DNA of 64,000 bases from a virus, in the IMG/VR virus record IMGVR_UViG_3300030104_005063, positions 1-64,000 of that record; one strand, given 5' to 3'. Within the stretch, counting starts at the first letter, position 1. Every line of letters starts with the position of its first letter. The translations under genes and the position numbers were made by a program. The notes below the pieces were generated by a model that saw only the letters and a list, made by a program, of their open reading frames with translations, ran no database searches and was not told where the DNA came from. This document shows positions 8,001-18,206 of this stretch, one piece after another.

Positions 8001-9664
8001 TGGCATTAGAAAATTTAAAAGATATATTTGAACAAGCTGGATTTGGTGGGGGTATTCAAACAAATGATCCTACTCCGGCACAACAACAATCACCTAATAT
8101 AGATAAAAATCTATTTGAAAGTAAATTGACAAGTGAATTAATTCTTGGTAATCCAAACACAACTACTTACGAGTTGGGTACAGGAACATATAGTGGTGCT
8201 GACACATTTAAAGAGTTAGATGGAGAAAATATAAAGAAAAGAACTTTTAGTGAAAATTTTATAATAGGTCAAAATCAAAGATTAGGTGAGAATAATTTTA
8301 AATTAGAAACACTTTATAATGTAAATCAAACTGCAAACACGAATAGAACAATTATTGATACTGGTGTAAAAGATCCAAATTCTGATGTAGGTGGTAACAT
8401 AGAGATTAACACAGGTAGAGCTGGTATAGGTTCTTTGGGTAATTTAGATATAAAAGGATACTCAAGTGGTTTTAGAACAAGTTTATTAGGACCTGAACCT
8501 TATGTGGTTAATGACATAGGAAGCAAAACAAATTCAATTGGAAATGATAGAGATTTGATTCCTTTTACTGCTGCTCTTGAAGATACATCAAGATTAGCAA
8601 AATTCTATACTTCACCAGCTGGTTTAGCTTTTGTAGCAAAAGAAAATATTATTAATTTTGCCATAGGTGACGGTGTTCCAATAGACAATCCACTTTCTGC
8701 AATTATGGCACCGCCTGTTCCTATACCAAATACAGGTTTCTTAAATTTTGTTCAACAATCTGTACAAGGTGCTTCACTTATACCTGGTGGTGGTACTATA
8801 AGAAAACCGTTTAGAATACAGTATAGTGATAGAACTAACTTTGGTGGATTTCCATTTAAAAATTTAGGTGATAAACCAGTAGGTTTAGGTGCTTTATCAA
8901 GAATAAAATTACCACAAGGTAGTAGTAAATTAGCCAGTTTAGGAAGGAAAATTTTAAAACCTATTAGAGATGCGGGACTCAGAGAGTTAACAAGAGTAGC
9001 ACAGATTCCAAAAGTAGAAAGACCAACTCCTTTTATAGATTTAAGTGGTGGTCCTAAAGATACAAGATACATTGATTTGTTTTCTTTAAATCCTGAAATT
9101 GACGAAAATGATGTAGATATTTTTGAATCTAACATTAAAAAAGGTGATTTTTATGTTAAAATAAAAGATTTAAGGACAAATCAATTTTTATATTTTAGAG
9201 GTTATGTTACAGGTATAACCGAAAATGTTAGTCCGTCATTTTCATCAGTCAATTACATTGGTAGAAGTGAACCTGTTTATTTATATGAAAGAGCCGATAG
9301 AGATTTATCTTTTAATTTAAAAGTATATCCTGCTAACTTTACAGAGCAAGATTCCATGTATAAAAAATTAGAACACCTAACAAGTTTGGCTTATCCTGAG
9401 TATATGGACGACAAGGGACTAACAAGAATGAAACCACCCTTTACAGAGCTTTTTATGGCTCATATAGGGACGAGAAAAAAAGGTCAATTTGGATTTATAA
9501 AATCTATAACTTATAATGTAAATGAACAAGGAGATTGGGATTCTGAGCGTATGTTACCAAGATTATTTGATATTGCTATTTCTTATCAGATATTAAGTAA
9601 ACGACCACCGTCACTTAGAGATGACCATAAATTTTATGGTGGAGAAAACGGAGTTTATGGGTAA
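8000..9664 (+). CDS. Baseplate / tail-tube initiator-like protein
   Basis: C-terminal FRGYVTGITE...YIGRSEPVYLY....RDLSFNLKV domain resembles tube-initiator (gp48/54-like) folds; position after tape measure. Confidence 0.6.
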   Translation: MALENLKDIFEQAGFGGGIQTNDPTPAQQQSPNIDKNLFESKLTSELILGNPNTTTYELGTGTYSGADTFKELDGENIKKRTFSENFIIGQNQRLGENNFKLETLYNVNQTANTNRTIIDTGVKDPNSDVGGNIEINTGRAGIGSLGNLDIKGYSSGFRTSLLGPEPYVVNDIGSKTNSIGNDRDLIPFTAALEDTSRLAKFYTSPAGLAFVAKENIINFAIGDGVPIDNPLSAIMAPPVPIPNTGFLNFVQQSVQGASLIPGGGTIRKPFRIQYSDRTNFGGFPFKNLGDKPVGLGALSRIKLPQGSSKLASLGRKILKPIRDAGLRELTRVAQIPKVERPTPFIDLSGGPKDTRYIDLFSLNPEIDENDVDIFESNIKKGDFYVKIKDLRTNQFLYFRGYVTGITENVSPSFSSVNYIGRSEPVYLYERADRDLSFNLKVYPANFTEQDSMYKKLEHLTSLAYPEYMDDKGLTRMKPPFTELFMAHIGTRKKGQFGFIKSITYNVNEQGDWDSERMLPRLFDIAISYQILSKRPPSLRDDHKFYGGENGVYG

Positions 9665-9933
9665 TGAGTAGATATGACAACATAACAAAAATTCAAAATA
9701 AAAAATTTACATCAGTAGGTACATCTTATCTTCCAAAGTTTGAGGAGAGTAATTCAGATGTGCTTCTTATTGCTACAGAGGGTGATAGGTGTGATTTGAT
9801 ATCACAAGAGTATTATGGTACACCCGACCTTTGGTGGTATATTGCTTCTGTAAATAATTTAAAATCCAATAACATTGAGGCTGGAACTCAATTGAGGGTG
9901 CCGGTTTCAATAGAAAATGCAATTCTAAAATAA
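9664..9933 (+). CDS. LysM-like baseplate wedge protein (gp53 / tail X-like)
   Basis: EGDRCDLISQEYYGTPDLWWYIASVN...GTQLRVP motif. Confidence 0.8.
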   Translation: MSRYDNITKIQNKKFTSVGTSYLPKFEESNSDVLLIATEGDRCDLISQEYYGTPDLWWYIASVNNLKSNNIEAGTQLRVPVSIENAILK

Positions 9934-9934
9934 A

Positions 9935-12900
9935 ATGGATTTATCAAAAAAAATTTTTGGTACGAATGTTGATAAAGAAATTCGTGATTACTTTAAATAC
10001 TTACAAGAAGGTACTTTTGACGCAGAACCAGGACAACCGATTGGTTTTAGTTTCAAACGAGCAGGTCCTCTAGGTGCAGCAACTGTTGGACAAAGTTATC
10101 TTGGGGATAGAACACCTTATGCTAGAATGTGGGTTGCTGTTAATGCTTATGAGGCTAAATACGACTCTGAAGATAAAAAGTATAAGAGGATAGGAGCGGG
10201 TAAAGTTAACATATACACAATAAACGAAAACTTAAATGACTCATATAGTGAATTAGATTCAGTATCAAATCAAAAATATCAACCAGAACTTCAAGATAAT
10301 CCTTATTTTAAACCAACAGCAGGTATAACCTCAGTAAATTCTAAATCAGAGGGTGCAGTTGGTGCTTTAAGAAGAACGACTGTAAATTTTACTGTTCATA
10401 ATAAACATGATTTTGACAACATATTTTTACCCTTTTTTCTAAAACCAGGTGCTACTGTATTTGTTGACTTTGGTTGGTCTGATAAAGCTTTGTCATTGTA
10501 CGATCCAAATAGTATTGTTAAAACTACAAATTTATCCATGAGTAAATTTTATGAAAGAATATACTCTAAAAACAATGATATAAAAAAAGGTCTTATGTCT
10601 ACACTTAGTGGTCAAGTAACAAAATATGATGTTAATGTTGATGAAAAAGGTTCATTTAATTGTAGTTTAGAATTTGTATCGTCTAATTATTCTTTGTTAG
10701 ATAAAACGATTAGTGATGATAATAATTTAAAATTTATATTTGATAATTCGATGGAAGAATTATTGATGGGATACTTATTAGCATTTTCTGGCATTCAAGT
10801 AGATGTTGATGCTCTTATTGCTGGTAGTAATAGACTTACAGCAAAACAAAGAAAGTCTTTAATAAAAGACTTTTTTGATGATGACGAAAGGAAAAACCAA
10901 AACAGAATAGATCAATCATTAGGAATGATTGATTTGGTTTCACGAAAATCAGGAATATATTATCAAAATGTAATACATGGTGATTCGGAAGAAGACAAAT
11001 TAGGTGACAAAGAAGCTGTTTACATCTCGTATGGTTTATTTGAAGATAAGTTTTTAAATCAGTTCATTTCTTTTTGGCAATATTTTGACGATGAGGGAAA
11101 TGATACTACAAAAATAGAAGAAAAAACAAACCCGTTTACAAATAGTTTTAGTAGTAAAGACTCTTGGGCTAGATTTGATGCTGATTTATTAAGTTTACAA
11201 AAACAAAAATTCTATAGTGATGACGATAGACTTTCCTTTTTATATCCAGAGACTTGGAACGATACATATAACAAATTAAAACCAAGTGATTGGACAACTG
11301 TAGATGATGACATAGAAAAAAGAAGAATACCATTAAGAGATTTATTTATATCTGTGCCCACCATATCTGAAGCATTTAAAAAAAGTCAAAATGTAAACGA
11401 TGCACTTGAATTTATTTTTGACCAAATATATGAAGACTCTGGCAATATCATTAACATCAAAATGATTTCTAATAATGACGCACAAGTATCATTAACTTTT
11501 ACTGATGTCAATGTTACAGCAGAATTGTTTGATGATGAAGTATTAATGTTTGATACCACATCAGGAAACACAGTAGTTCTTGATTCAGATTTGAAGTTTG
11601 AGACTCCAAAAGCTGGATTATCAAGTATGATTGCTATAGGAAACTTATCAGAACCACAATATTTTGATGAATTAGAATTGATGAAATTTAATTTTTTAAA
11701 TTCTATTATAGTTGATCCTAAAGCAACAAATAAAAAATATCAAATAAAACATTTACCAGACTATGGAGATCCTCCAAAAAGATACAAAGCTTTGACTGTA
11801 AATATGAATGATATAATAGCAAAAGAAACTGATGTCAGAGGTTCTTTCATAGGTCCTCCACAAAATTATAACACAAATGATTTAGTTAACGATGATTATC
11901 AAAGTTATTTACAACAGAAAAAAGACCTTTTAGATCCTGGTTTTTGGGAAAAAATATTTGGAAAGTCATCTGATGATGAACCTGAAACAGATGATGTGGT
12001 AAATGTAGAGGCTGAATTAGAAACAGAGATGCCTGATGGTACACCAATTCTTTACGCTAAAAGTAATAGAGATTTAAAATTATTAGATGCAAAAAGAAAT
12101 AATTTTATGAGTCCAAAAAATAATACTATTTCACCTGTTTTACCTGTTAATTTAACATTAAAAATATATGGAAACAATTTTTTAGGTATTGGTGATTTTT
12201 TCACGATTAATTTTTTACCAAAACATTATCAAGAAAGAGTTTATTTTCAAATAGTGGGGATTGACCATAGCATTGGAACTTCGATGTGGGACACGACTTA
12301 CACTACTGTAATGAGGTTAAAGCCTAATGAAAAACAAAAAACATTTAGTGATGATAAAAATCAAAATTTACCAGTAGTTAAACTACATCCACTTTATGAA
12401 GAAAAAATAGCAGAAGACTTGAGTAAACAAATTGGTAGTGTACAGTATGATAAAAAGGATGTAAAAACTACTAAATTAACTGTAAAAAATGTAAAAAAAG
12501 ATATAGAGGTTATTAAAACTACTGCTCCTAGTAATGATAGAGCAAATCTATCATATGATGATATACCTAACCTTAGTTGGGCAAGGTCATTTTTTATTTG
12601 GGACTCTGAAAATAAAAAAGAAAAACAAAAAAAAGCTGGTATAGGTAAACGGTCTAACAAATTAATAAATGGAGTTCAAATACCAGAGACGATAGATTCT
12701 GGAGAATTAGCTTGGTGGATTGCTATGACAAATGCTTTAATAGGTGATGATTTTATAGATTGGTCACTTTTAAAAGCTAAAGGAACACCTTTTTCATTAT
12801 TCAATACTAATAAACAAGCAAATGTGGTTGGAAAAGCAAAACCAGGAGTTTTTGTATCACAAAGACCATTTGACGATGGTATTATAGATAACTTTGACCA

Positions 12901-13294
12901 ACCAGGAGCATCTTGGGGGCTAGATGATTTTCAAGAGTCATTGTTAGAAAAACTTGGCTCTTTTAAAAATAAACAAAAAGTTTCAGCGTTTTTAGAACAG
13001 TATTTATTTTTTAGTAAAGATTTAAATTTACTATATGGAATATATTGGGATGTCTCTACAGAAACTTTTCTCTACAACACAAATGAGCAACTAGAAGGGG
13101 TAGGGGTTCATTTTTATGAGATTAGTGTAAATGGTCACTCAGATACTTCTATTTTTCCATCTTTTGTCATACCAAGACAATTGTACAAACCACAAGGTTT
13201 AAAAGATTTGGCAAATAAAGTTTGGAATGATTACTGCACGATAAAAGCAGATTTAAAAGTAATTTTTGAATCTGATAAAAGAGAGATGGAATAA
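9935..13294 (+). CDS. Large baseplate hub-like structural protein
   Basis: Follows the LysM gene; P.AGITSV, FLKPGATVFVDFGWS and LTLKIYG...IGDFF.I.FLP..Y....YFQIVGIDH hub-like segments. Confidence 0.55.
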   Translation: MDLSKKIFGTNVDKEIRDYFKYLQEGTFDAEPGQPIGFSFKRAGPLGAATVGQSYLGDRTPYARMWVAVNAYEAKYDSEDKKYKRIGAGKVNIYTINENLNDSYSELDSVSNQKYQPELQDNPYFKPTAGITSVNSKSEGAVGALRRTTVNFTVHNKHDFDNIFLPFFLKPGATVFVDFGWSDKALSLYDPNSIVKTTNLSMSKFYERIYSKNNDIKKGLMSTLSGQVTKYDVNVDEKGSFNCSLEFVSSNYSLLDKTISDDNNLKFIFDNSMEELLMGYLLAFSGIQVDVDALIAGSNRLTAKQRKSLIKDFFDDDERKNQNRIDQSLGMIDLVSRKSGIYYQNVIHGDSEEDKLGDKEAVYISYGLFEDKFLNQFISFWQYFDDEGNDTTKIEEKTNPFTNSFSSKDSWARFDADLLSLQKQKFYSDDDRLSFLYPETWNDTYNKLKPSDWTTVDDDIEKRRIPLRDLFISVPTISEAFKKSQNVNDALEFIFDQIYEDSGNIINIKMISNNDAQVSLTFTDVNVTAELFDDEVLMFDTTSGNTVVLDSDLKFETPKAGLSSMIAIGNLSEPQYFDELELMKFNFLNSIIVDPKATNKKYQIKHLPDYGDPPKRYKALTVNMNDIIAKETDVRGSFIGPPQNYNTNDLVNDDYQSYLQQKKDLLDPGFWEKIFGKSSDDEPETDDVVNVEAELETEMPDGTPILYAKSNRDLKLLDAKRNNFMSPKNNTISPVLPVNLTLKIYGNNFLGIGDFFTINFLPKHYQERVYFQIVGIDHSIGTSMWDTTYTTVMRLKPNEKQKTFSDDKNQNLPVVKLHPLYEEKIAEDLSKQIGSVQYDKKDVKTTKLTVKNVKKDIEVIKTTAPSNDRANLSYDDIPNLSWARSFFIWDSENKKEKQKKAGIGKRSNKLINGVQIPETIDSGELAWWIAMTNALIGDDFIDWSLLKAKGTPFSLFNTNKQANVVGKAKPGVFVSQRPFDDGIIDNFDQPGASWGLDDFQESLLEKLGSFKNKQKVSAFLEQYLFFSKDLNLLYGIYWDVSTETFLYNTNEQLEGVGVHFYEISVNGHSDTSIFPSFVIPRQLYKPQGLKDLANKVWNDYCTIKADLKVIFESDKREME

Positions 13295-13297
13295 TAC

Positions 13298-13326
13298 TTG
13301 ACATTTCACTAAATTATATGTAACTT
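13298..13326 (+). promoter_or_regulatory. Sigma70-like promoter; implies a leaderless mRNA
   Basis: TTGACA (13298)-N17-TAACTT (13321); the ATG at 13332 lies at the expected +1 and has no SD. Confidence 0.65.
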
Positions 13327-13331
13327 AACAT

Positions 13332-14528
13332 ATGATTAAATTGGTTATCTCTAAACCTAACTGGTCTAAATCTCACCCGTTAAATGACTTAGTTTTAGCT
13401 TACGATGCTATAAAACATAAGTTAGTTTATGCTAATCATTATGAGAAGATGACTATTGGTATAGATTATCCAGCAAACGAGGCGATGTTGATTGATAATT
13501 GGAAAGCTGGATATTCTTATGATTTTGCTGGTCGTAAACAATGTTGCGCTGATATTCTAAATTATTGGATGACCAACAAACCACTCAACCATATTCAATG
13601 GGATAATTTTTACGACCAAGATGATTTCACATATTATTATCCATTAGATAAAATGATAGAACAACTATGTGAAGATGTTCCACATTATAAAGATATGACA
13701 GATTTCAATAAGTTAGATAAATTTCACGATGACTTTATAAATGCTTTCGGTGAGTTAGAATCAAATGGTATCGGAGTCAATACAGACTTTACAAAGATAT
13801 TCGGTGACCATATGTTAAAGTATATCCACAAAAAGAAGATATATCAGAACTATAACTTTTTCACAACCACATCAAGACCATCTAACTCTATTCATAATCT
13901 TAACTTTGCTGCTCTTACACAAGAACAAAGAAAGGCATTTTCGCCACTTAATGATGTATTCGTAGAATTTGATTTTGAGTCTTATCACCCAAGGTTGATT
14001 GCCAAACTAATTGACTATGACTTTGGGAATAAATCAGTCTATGGTAAGTTAGCAGAAGACTTAGGTGTGACAGAGGGAGAAGCAAAAACACTAACATTCC
14101 AAAACCTATATGGTGGTGTCAGAAAAGATATTGCTAAGATGAGTGAGTTCTTCAGAGGTGTAGAGGATTTAGTGAAAGTTTTATATGACGAATATATGAC
14201 TCGGAATGGAATCTTAACACATATTTATAAACGACCAATGAAAAGAGCTAATTTAGGTGATTTAAATGCTCAAAAGTTATTTAATTATTACATACAGGCG
14301 TATGAAACTGAAAGGAATGTTACTATCTTAAATAAACTACACACATATTTATTAGAGAGAAAGACTAACATAGTTCATTACAACTATGATAGTTTTTTAT
14401 TTGATTATGCTAAAGAAGATGGGAAAGAAACAATACATGACATCCAAAAAATATTACGACAAGATGATTTTATTATACATAGCAAAGTCGGTAACACTTA
14501 TGGGACATTAAAAAATTATGAGTTTTGA
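13332..14528 (+). CDS. Minimal family-A DNA polymerase-like protein
   Basis: TTTSRPS, motif A DFESYHPR, motif B KTLTFQNLYG, NYYIQAYE and motif C YDS; 398 aa with no recognisable exonuclease domains. Confidence 0.8.
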   Translation: MIKLVISKPNWSKSHPLNDLVLAYDAIKHKLVYANHYEKMTIGIDYPANEAMLIDNWKAGYSYDFAGRKQCCADILNYWMTNKPLNHIQWDNFYDQDDFTYYYPLDKMIEQLCEDVPHYKDMTDFNKLDKFHDDFINAFGELESNGIGVNTDFTKIFGDHMLKYIHKKKIYQNYNFFTTTSRPSNSIHNLNFAALTQEQRKAFSPLNDVFVEFDFESYHPRLIAKLIDYDFGNKSVYGKLAEDLGVTEGEAKTLTFQNLYGGVRKDIAKMSEFFRGVEDLVKVLYDEYMTRNGILTHIYKRPMKRANLGDLNAQKLFNYYIQAYETERNVTILNKLHTYLLERKTNIVHYNYDSFLFDYAKEDGKETIHDIQKILRQDDFIIHSKVGNTYGTLKNYEF

Positions 14529-16404
14529 TTTAGGAAAACTTTTTTTAGATTGGAGACGAATTGTTCCAAATGGTGTACCAAATCCAAATAATGATTATCA
14601 TTTAGTTCTACTAAAAGAAATTTGTTTAGCAAGAGGTATTGATAAAAATGTGGTTGATAATGTTATTTTAACATTGGAACAAGACGATAAAGTTAAGTGG
14701 AAAGATAAAGACGGTAAAGATAGAGAAACATCTTTAGATACAATCAAACAATATGCCAGTGATATAAAGAAGGGTGACTCAGACAAAAACAAAAAACTTG
14801 CTGTAACGGCTGCTGGTTTAGACGACAAAGAAAAAGGTGGTGAAGAAGATAAAAAAGAAAAAGAAAAACAGAGTATAGATTTTTCTACTGATACTTATTC
14901 TGATTCTCTGTCAAGTAAGAAAGATGACGACATCGATGATAGTGATACTGAGACACAGTCTCAAATAAATAAAGATGAAAAAATTGATTATTGGTCTGAA
15001 CTAGAAAAGTTGGGAGATGAAGAAAGGGAAATAAGAAAAGCTGAATATTTAGAACAACAACTTGATTTTATAGCTGTTGAGAGTTCTATTCCAGCAGGTA
15101 AAGGTAGATTTAGATTATCCAAAAAGGATGTTGATGATTATAGAAAATATTTAAACGACCTATCTACACCTGAAAAAAGAGACAGGTGGATGGAAAAACA
15201 AAGGAAAGAACAAGAGAGAAGGATAAAAGAGTTTGGTGAAATATCAGATGAAGATGTAGATGATTTCATAGAGGTTCTAAGAGATAAATTAGGTGGTAAG
15301 GAATTTACTAGAATTAGAAATAGTATAATGAAAAAGGGAGATCCACCAAAAGACTTAGTTAATGACGAAAGGTTTAGAGCAGTTGTAAAAGCTTACATTC
15401 AAACTGGTGGCATTAGTCCGATAACTGGTGAAAGAGTTCCTTTTTCTGAAACACAATTAGACCATATTATTTCATTAGGAAATGGTGGTAAAGATGAGCC
15501 TTCTAATTGGATGTTTTTAGAGGAAAGGTTTAATCAGTATAAAGGTAAAAAAACTGATGAGGATGTTAGAGCTCTGCTAGAGAGAGATGGATACAAAACT
15601 CCGTCTGAGTATGATGCTGAGGTCGAATCTGATGAGTTTGAGAATTCAATAATTGCTGAAAATAGAGCTTTTTGGGAAAATCAATTTAAAAAGTTTGGAA
15701 GTGACATTCATTTAACTGAAAATATGCTTGAGTCAATGAGTGCTGACCAAATTAATGATTTAGTTAAAGCACATAATGATGTTTATCCAGATGACCAAAT
15801 TGCAAGATATCCAAGTAGAAGTCAAAAATTTACTTTAGATAATGGTGAAGAGGTTGATTTGCCATTGAATAGAGATGGTTTTTTAAGACCAATAAAAGAT
15901 AAACCAGAAACTTGGGGTTTAAAAATAAATTATGAAACTGGTGAAATAGAGAAAACTGATGTTGACACCTATGAAAAAGCTTATGACGATTTTAAAAAGG
16001 GTGCGAGAACAGGTGGTGGGGGTAAGAAAAAGAAACCTGATTTTATAAAAGATTTGATTGATAAAGGTTTAGTAGTCACAAAAGAGATAGGTGAGGGCAT
16101 TAATACTGAGATTGAAGCTTTATCTAAAGATTACGAAAGTGGTCAAGTTAAAAGAAAACAAGATATCAAAAATGCTATCAAAAAAGCTAAAGAGTCGCCA
16201 GGTTCAATGAAACAAAAAGAAGATATAGTAAATTCTAAAATGAAACAATGGGATTCTGAAAATCCTGAACCTGAATCAGTTGCTGGATTATCAAAGAAAG
16301 CAAAAGAAATGAATGATGAATATTTAAAATGGAAAGAGATGAGGGATATTGCTAGGTTTAACGCTTGGAGAGAATTTGATCCTTATTCAAAATTGGAACA
16401 ATAA
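14518..16404 (+). CDS. Large acidic/charged protein with central HNH endonuclease domain
   Basis: SPITGE...QLDHIISLGNGGKDEPSNWMFLEERFNQYKG HNH-type motif. Confidence 0.7.
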   Translation: MSFDLGKLFLDWRRIVPNGVPNPNNDYHLVLLKEICLARGIDKNVVDNVILTLEQDDKVKWKDKDGKDRETSLDTIKQYASDIKKGDSDKNKKLAVTAAGLDDKEKGGEEDKKEKEKQSIDFSTDTYSDSLSSKKDDDIDDSDTETQSQINKDEKIDYWSELEKLGDEEREIRKAEYLEQQLDFIAVESSIPAGKGRFRLSKKDVDDYRKYLNDLSTPEKRDRWMEKQRKEQERRIKEFGEISDEDVDDFIEVLRDKLGGKEFTRIRNSIMKKGDPPKDLVNDERFRAVVKAYIQTGGISPITGERVPFSETQLDHIISLGNGGKDEPSNWMFLEERFNQYKGKKTDEDVRALLERDGYKTPSEYDAEVESDEFENSIIAENRAFWENQFKKFGSDIHLTENMLESMSADQINDLVKAHNDVYPDDQIARYPSRSQKFTLDNGEEVDLPLNRDGFLRPIKDKPETWGLKINYETGEIEKTDVDTYEKAYDDFKKGARTGGGGKKKKPDFIKDLIDKGLVVTKEIGEGINTEIEALSKDYESGQVKRKQDIKNAIKKAKESPGSMKQKEDIVNSKMKQWDSENPEPESVAGLSKKAKEMNDEYLKWKEMRDIARFNAWREFDPYSKLEQ

Positions 16405-16800
16405 ATGAAAACACAATTACTTTGCACATTCACGACTCAACATAATCTTGAACAATCCATTCGTGACATCACGAAGAACTTCAAGGTCGTGTTTGAAAAG
16501 ATTTATGTATTACAAAATGAGGACAAACCAAAAGAATTAATTTGTACTTATAATGTCAATCAAGAAGATGATATAGATTTTAATGCTGTAAAGAATACAA
16601 TATCTTTACATCGTAAAAAGATAACCAATACACTATATACGATAAATGCCCTAAACGAACTGATAAAATTAATAAATAACGGAGTGTTAGATACTAATTA
16701 TCAAGTCGAATGGGATACATATAAGAATATGATTTTGATATCGAATAAAGAAGGTTTACAGAAAATACCGACAAGGATACTTAAAATAATCGAGTTATAA
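16405..16800 (+). CDS. Conserved phage hypothetical protein
   Basis: Clean ORF abutting neighbours; LLCTF...HRKK.TNTLYTINALN. Confidence 0.75.
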   Translation: MKTQLLCTFTTQHNLEQSIRDITKNFKVVFEKIYVLQNEDKPKELICTYNVNQEDDIDFNAVKNTISLHRKKITNTLYTINALNELIKLINNGVLDTNYQVEWDTYKNMILISNKEGLQKIPTRILKIIEL

Positions 16801-17342
16801 TGGCGTCACCAATATATTTTTTCACCAGAAGTGGATGTGTCTGGTGTCAGAAAATGAAGCCATCAATAGATGAAATAAATGAAACTCTGAATGACGAACA
16901 AAAGATTCAGATTCATTCTATTGATGAAGAAAAATCTAAAGTAACATATGATAGTATTGTTCGTATGAATAAGTTACAAAGTGTTGTTCCACTTATGTAC
17001 AATTCAAATATAGGTACGACTCTTTTAGGTTATAAAGATAAAAGAGACATACAGAAGTTCTTACGAGCAGAACCGAGTGAACAAGTAAGACCACTTAAAT
17101 CTATCCCAAAAATAGACATTCCAAACTCTACAAAAAAAGACTTGGATAATTGGAAAAAAGATGTTATATTATGGTACGAGGAGAATAAAAGTAATCTTCC
17201 GTCAAATGTAATACCTAAAGATAGGATGATAGATATGGTTTACAAACAATATATGGCATACAAAACTAAACCTACTACTGTAGAAGATAGGTTGTCTGCC
17301 TTAGAAGAGAAAGTTGATAATATTCTTGAAAAATTATCTTGA
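16800..17342 (+). CDS. Thioredoxin/glutaredoxin-fold protein with C-terminal extension
   Basis: YFFTRSGCVWCQKM (CxxC) and a VVP cis-Pro motif. Confidence 0.75.
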   Translation: MASPIYFFTRSGCVWCQKMKPSIDEINETLNDEQKIQIHSIDEEKSKVTYDSIVRMNKLQSVVPLMYNSNIGTTLLGYKDKRDIQKFLRAEPSEQVRPLKSIPKIDIPNSTKKDLDNWKKDVILWYEENKSNLPSNVIPKDRMIDMVYKQYMAYKTKPTTVEDRLSALEEKVDNILEKLS

Positions 17343-17367
17343 CTCTTTCATCAAAAGTTTGTATATT
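17339..17367 (+). promoter_or_regulatory. Sigma70-like promoter upstream of ssb
   Basis: TTGACT-N17-TATATT; a second ATATTTAT motif follows at 17403. Confidence 0.65.
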
Positions 17368-17451
17368 ATATAAATTGGTTATCTACAAATTTTACTTTAG
17401 TAATATTTATAGATGTAACAATAATAATAAACATAAACTAGGAGAATAATA

Positions 17452-18195
17452 ATGGACTTAGATGCTATAAAAAGCCGTCTTAATCAGTTACAGAACACAC
17501 AAACAAATGCGTTTTGGAAACCTCAACCTGGAAAATCTCAAATCAGAATTGTACCTTATAAGCACGACAAGAACAACCCGTTTAGTGAGTTGTTCTTTCA
17601 TTACAGTTTAGTTCCAAATAAAACTGTATTGTCACCACTTTCATATGGTCGTCCTGATCCTGTTCAACAATTTGCCGATAAGTTGAAATCAACTGGCAAC
17701 AAAGATGAGTGGATTCAAGGTAAGAGAATCGAACCAAAAATGAGAACTTTTGTTCCTGTAGTGGTTCGTGGTGAAGAAAACGAAGGTGTTAAGTTTTGGG
17801 GATTTGGTAAAACTGTTTATCAAGAACTTCTTGGTATCATAGCCGATCCAGACTATGGTGATATATCCGATGCTACAACAGGTCGTGATATTGTTGTTGA
17901 AAGACAAACACCTGCTGAAGCTGGTAACCAATATGGTAAGACCACCATTCGTGTCAAACCAAATGTTACAGCACTTTCCGATGATTCTAACTCACTTACC
18001 AAGTTGTTAGATGAACAACCAGACATCAAAGAGTTGTATAATGAACCAACTTTTGATGAGTTGAAAGAACATCTTAGTAACTTTCTGAATCCATCAGATT
18101 CTACAGAAGAAACAACAGAAAAAGAACCAGAAATGGTTACTACTGAAGCTTCTTCAAATGTAGAAGACGATTTCGATAAGTTATTTAATTCATAA
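17452..18195 (+). CDS. Single-stranded DNA-binding protein (gp32-like)
   Basis: FWKP..G...IRIVP, GVKFWGFGKTVYQEL, DISD..TGRDI motifs and an acidic tail EDDFDKLFNS. Confidence 0.85.
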   Translation: MDLDAIKSRLNQLQNTQTNAFWKPQPGKSQIRIVPYKHDKNNPFSELFFHYSLVPNKTVLSPLSYGRPDPVQQFADKLKSTGNKDEWIQGKRIEPKMRTFVPVVVRGEENEGVKFWGFGKTVYQELLGIIADPDYGDISDATTGRDIVVERQTPAEAGNQYGKTTIRVKPNVTALSDDSNSLTKLLDEQPDIKELYNEPTFDELKEHLSNFLNPSDSTEETTEKEPEMVTTEASSNVEDDFDKLFNS

Positions 18196-18206
18196 ACCGT
18201 GCGGTG

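Noticed and set aside
2217-13294. Bacterial contractile injection system or tailocin
   Set aside because: The tail genes are contiguous with a full phage replisome, indicating a true phage genome.
13332-14528. DpoZ / Z-genome polymerase
   Set aside because: No purZ or datZ in the window, the protein lacks a 3'-5' exonuclease domain, and a PolB replisome is present.
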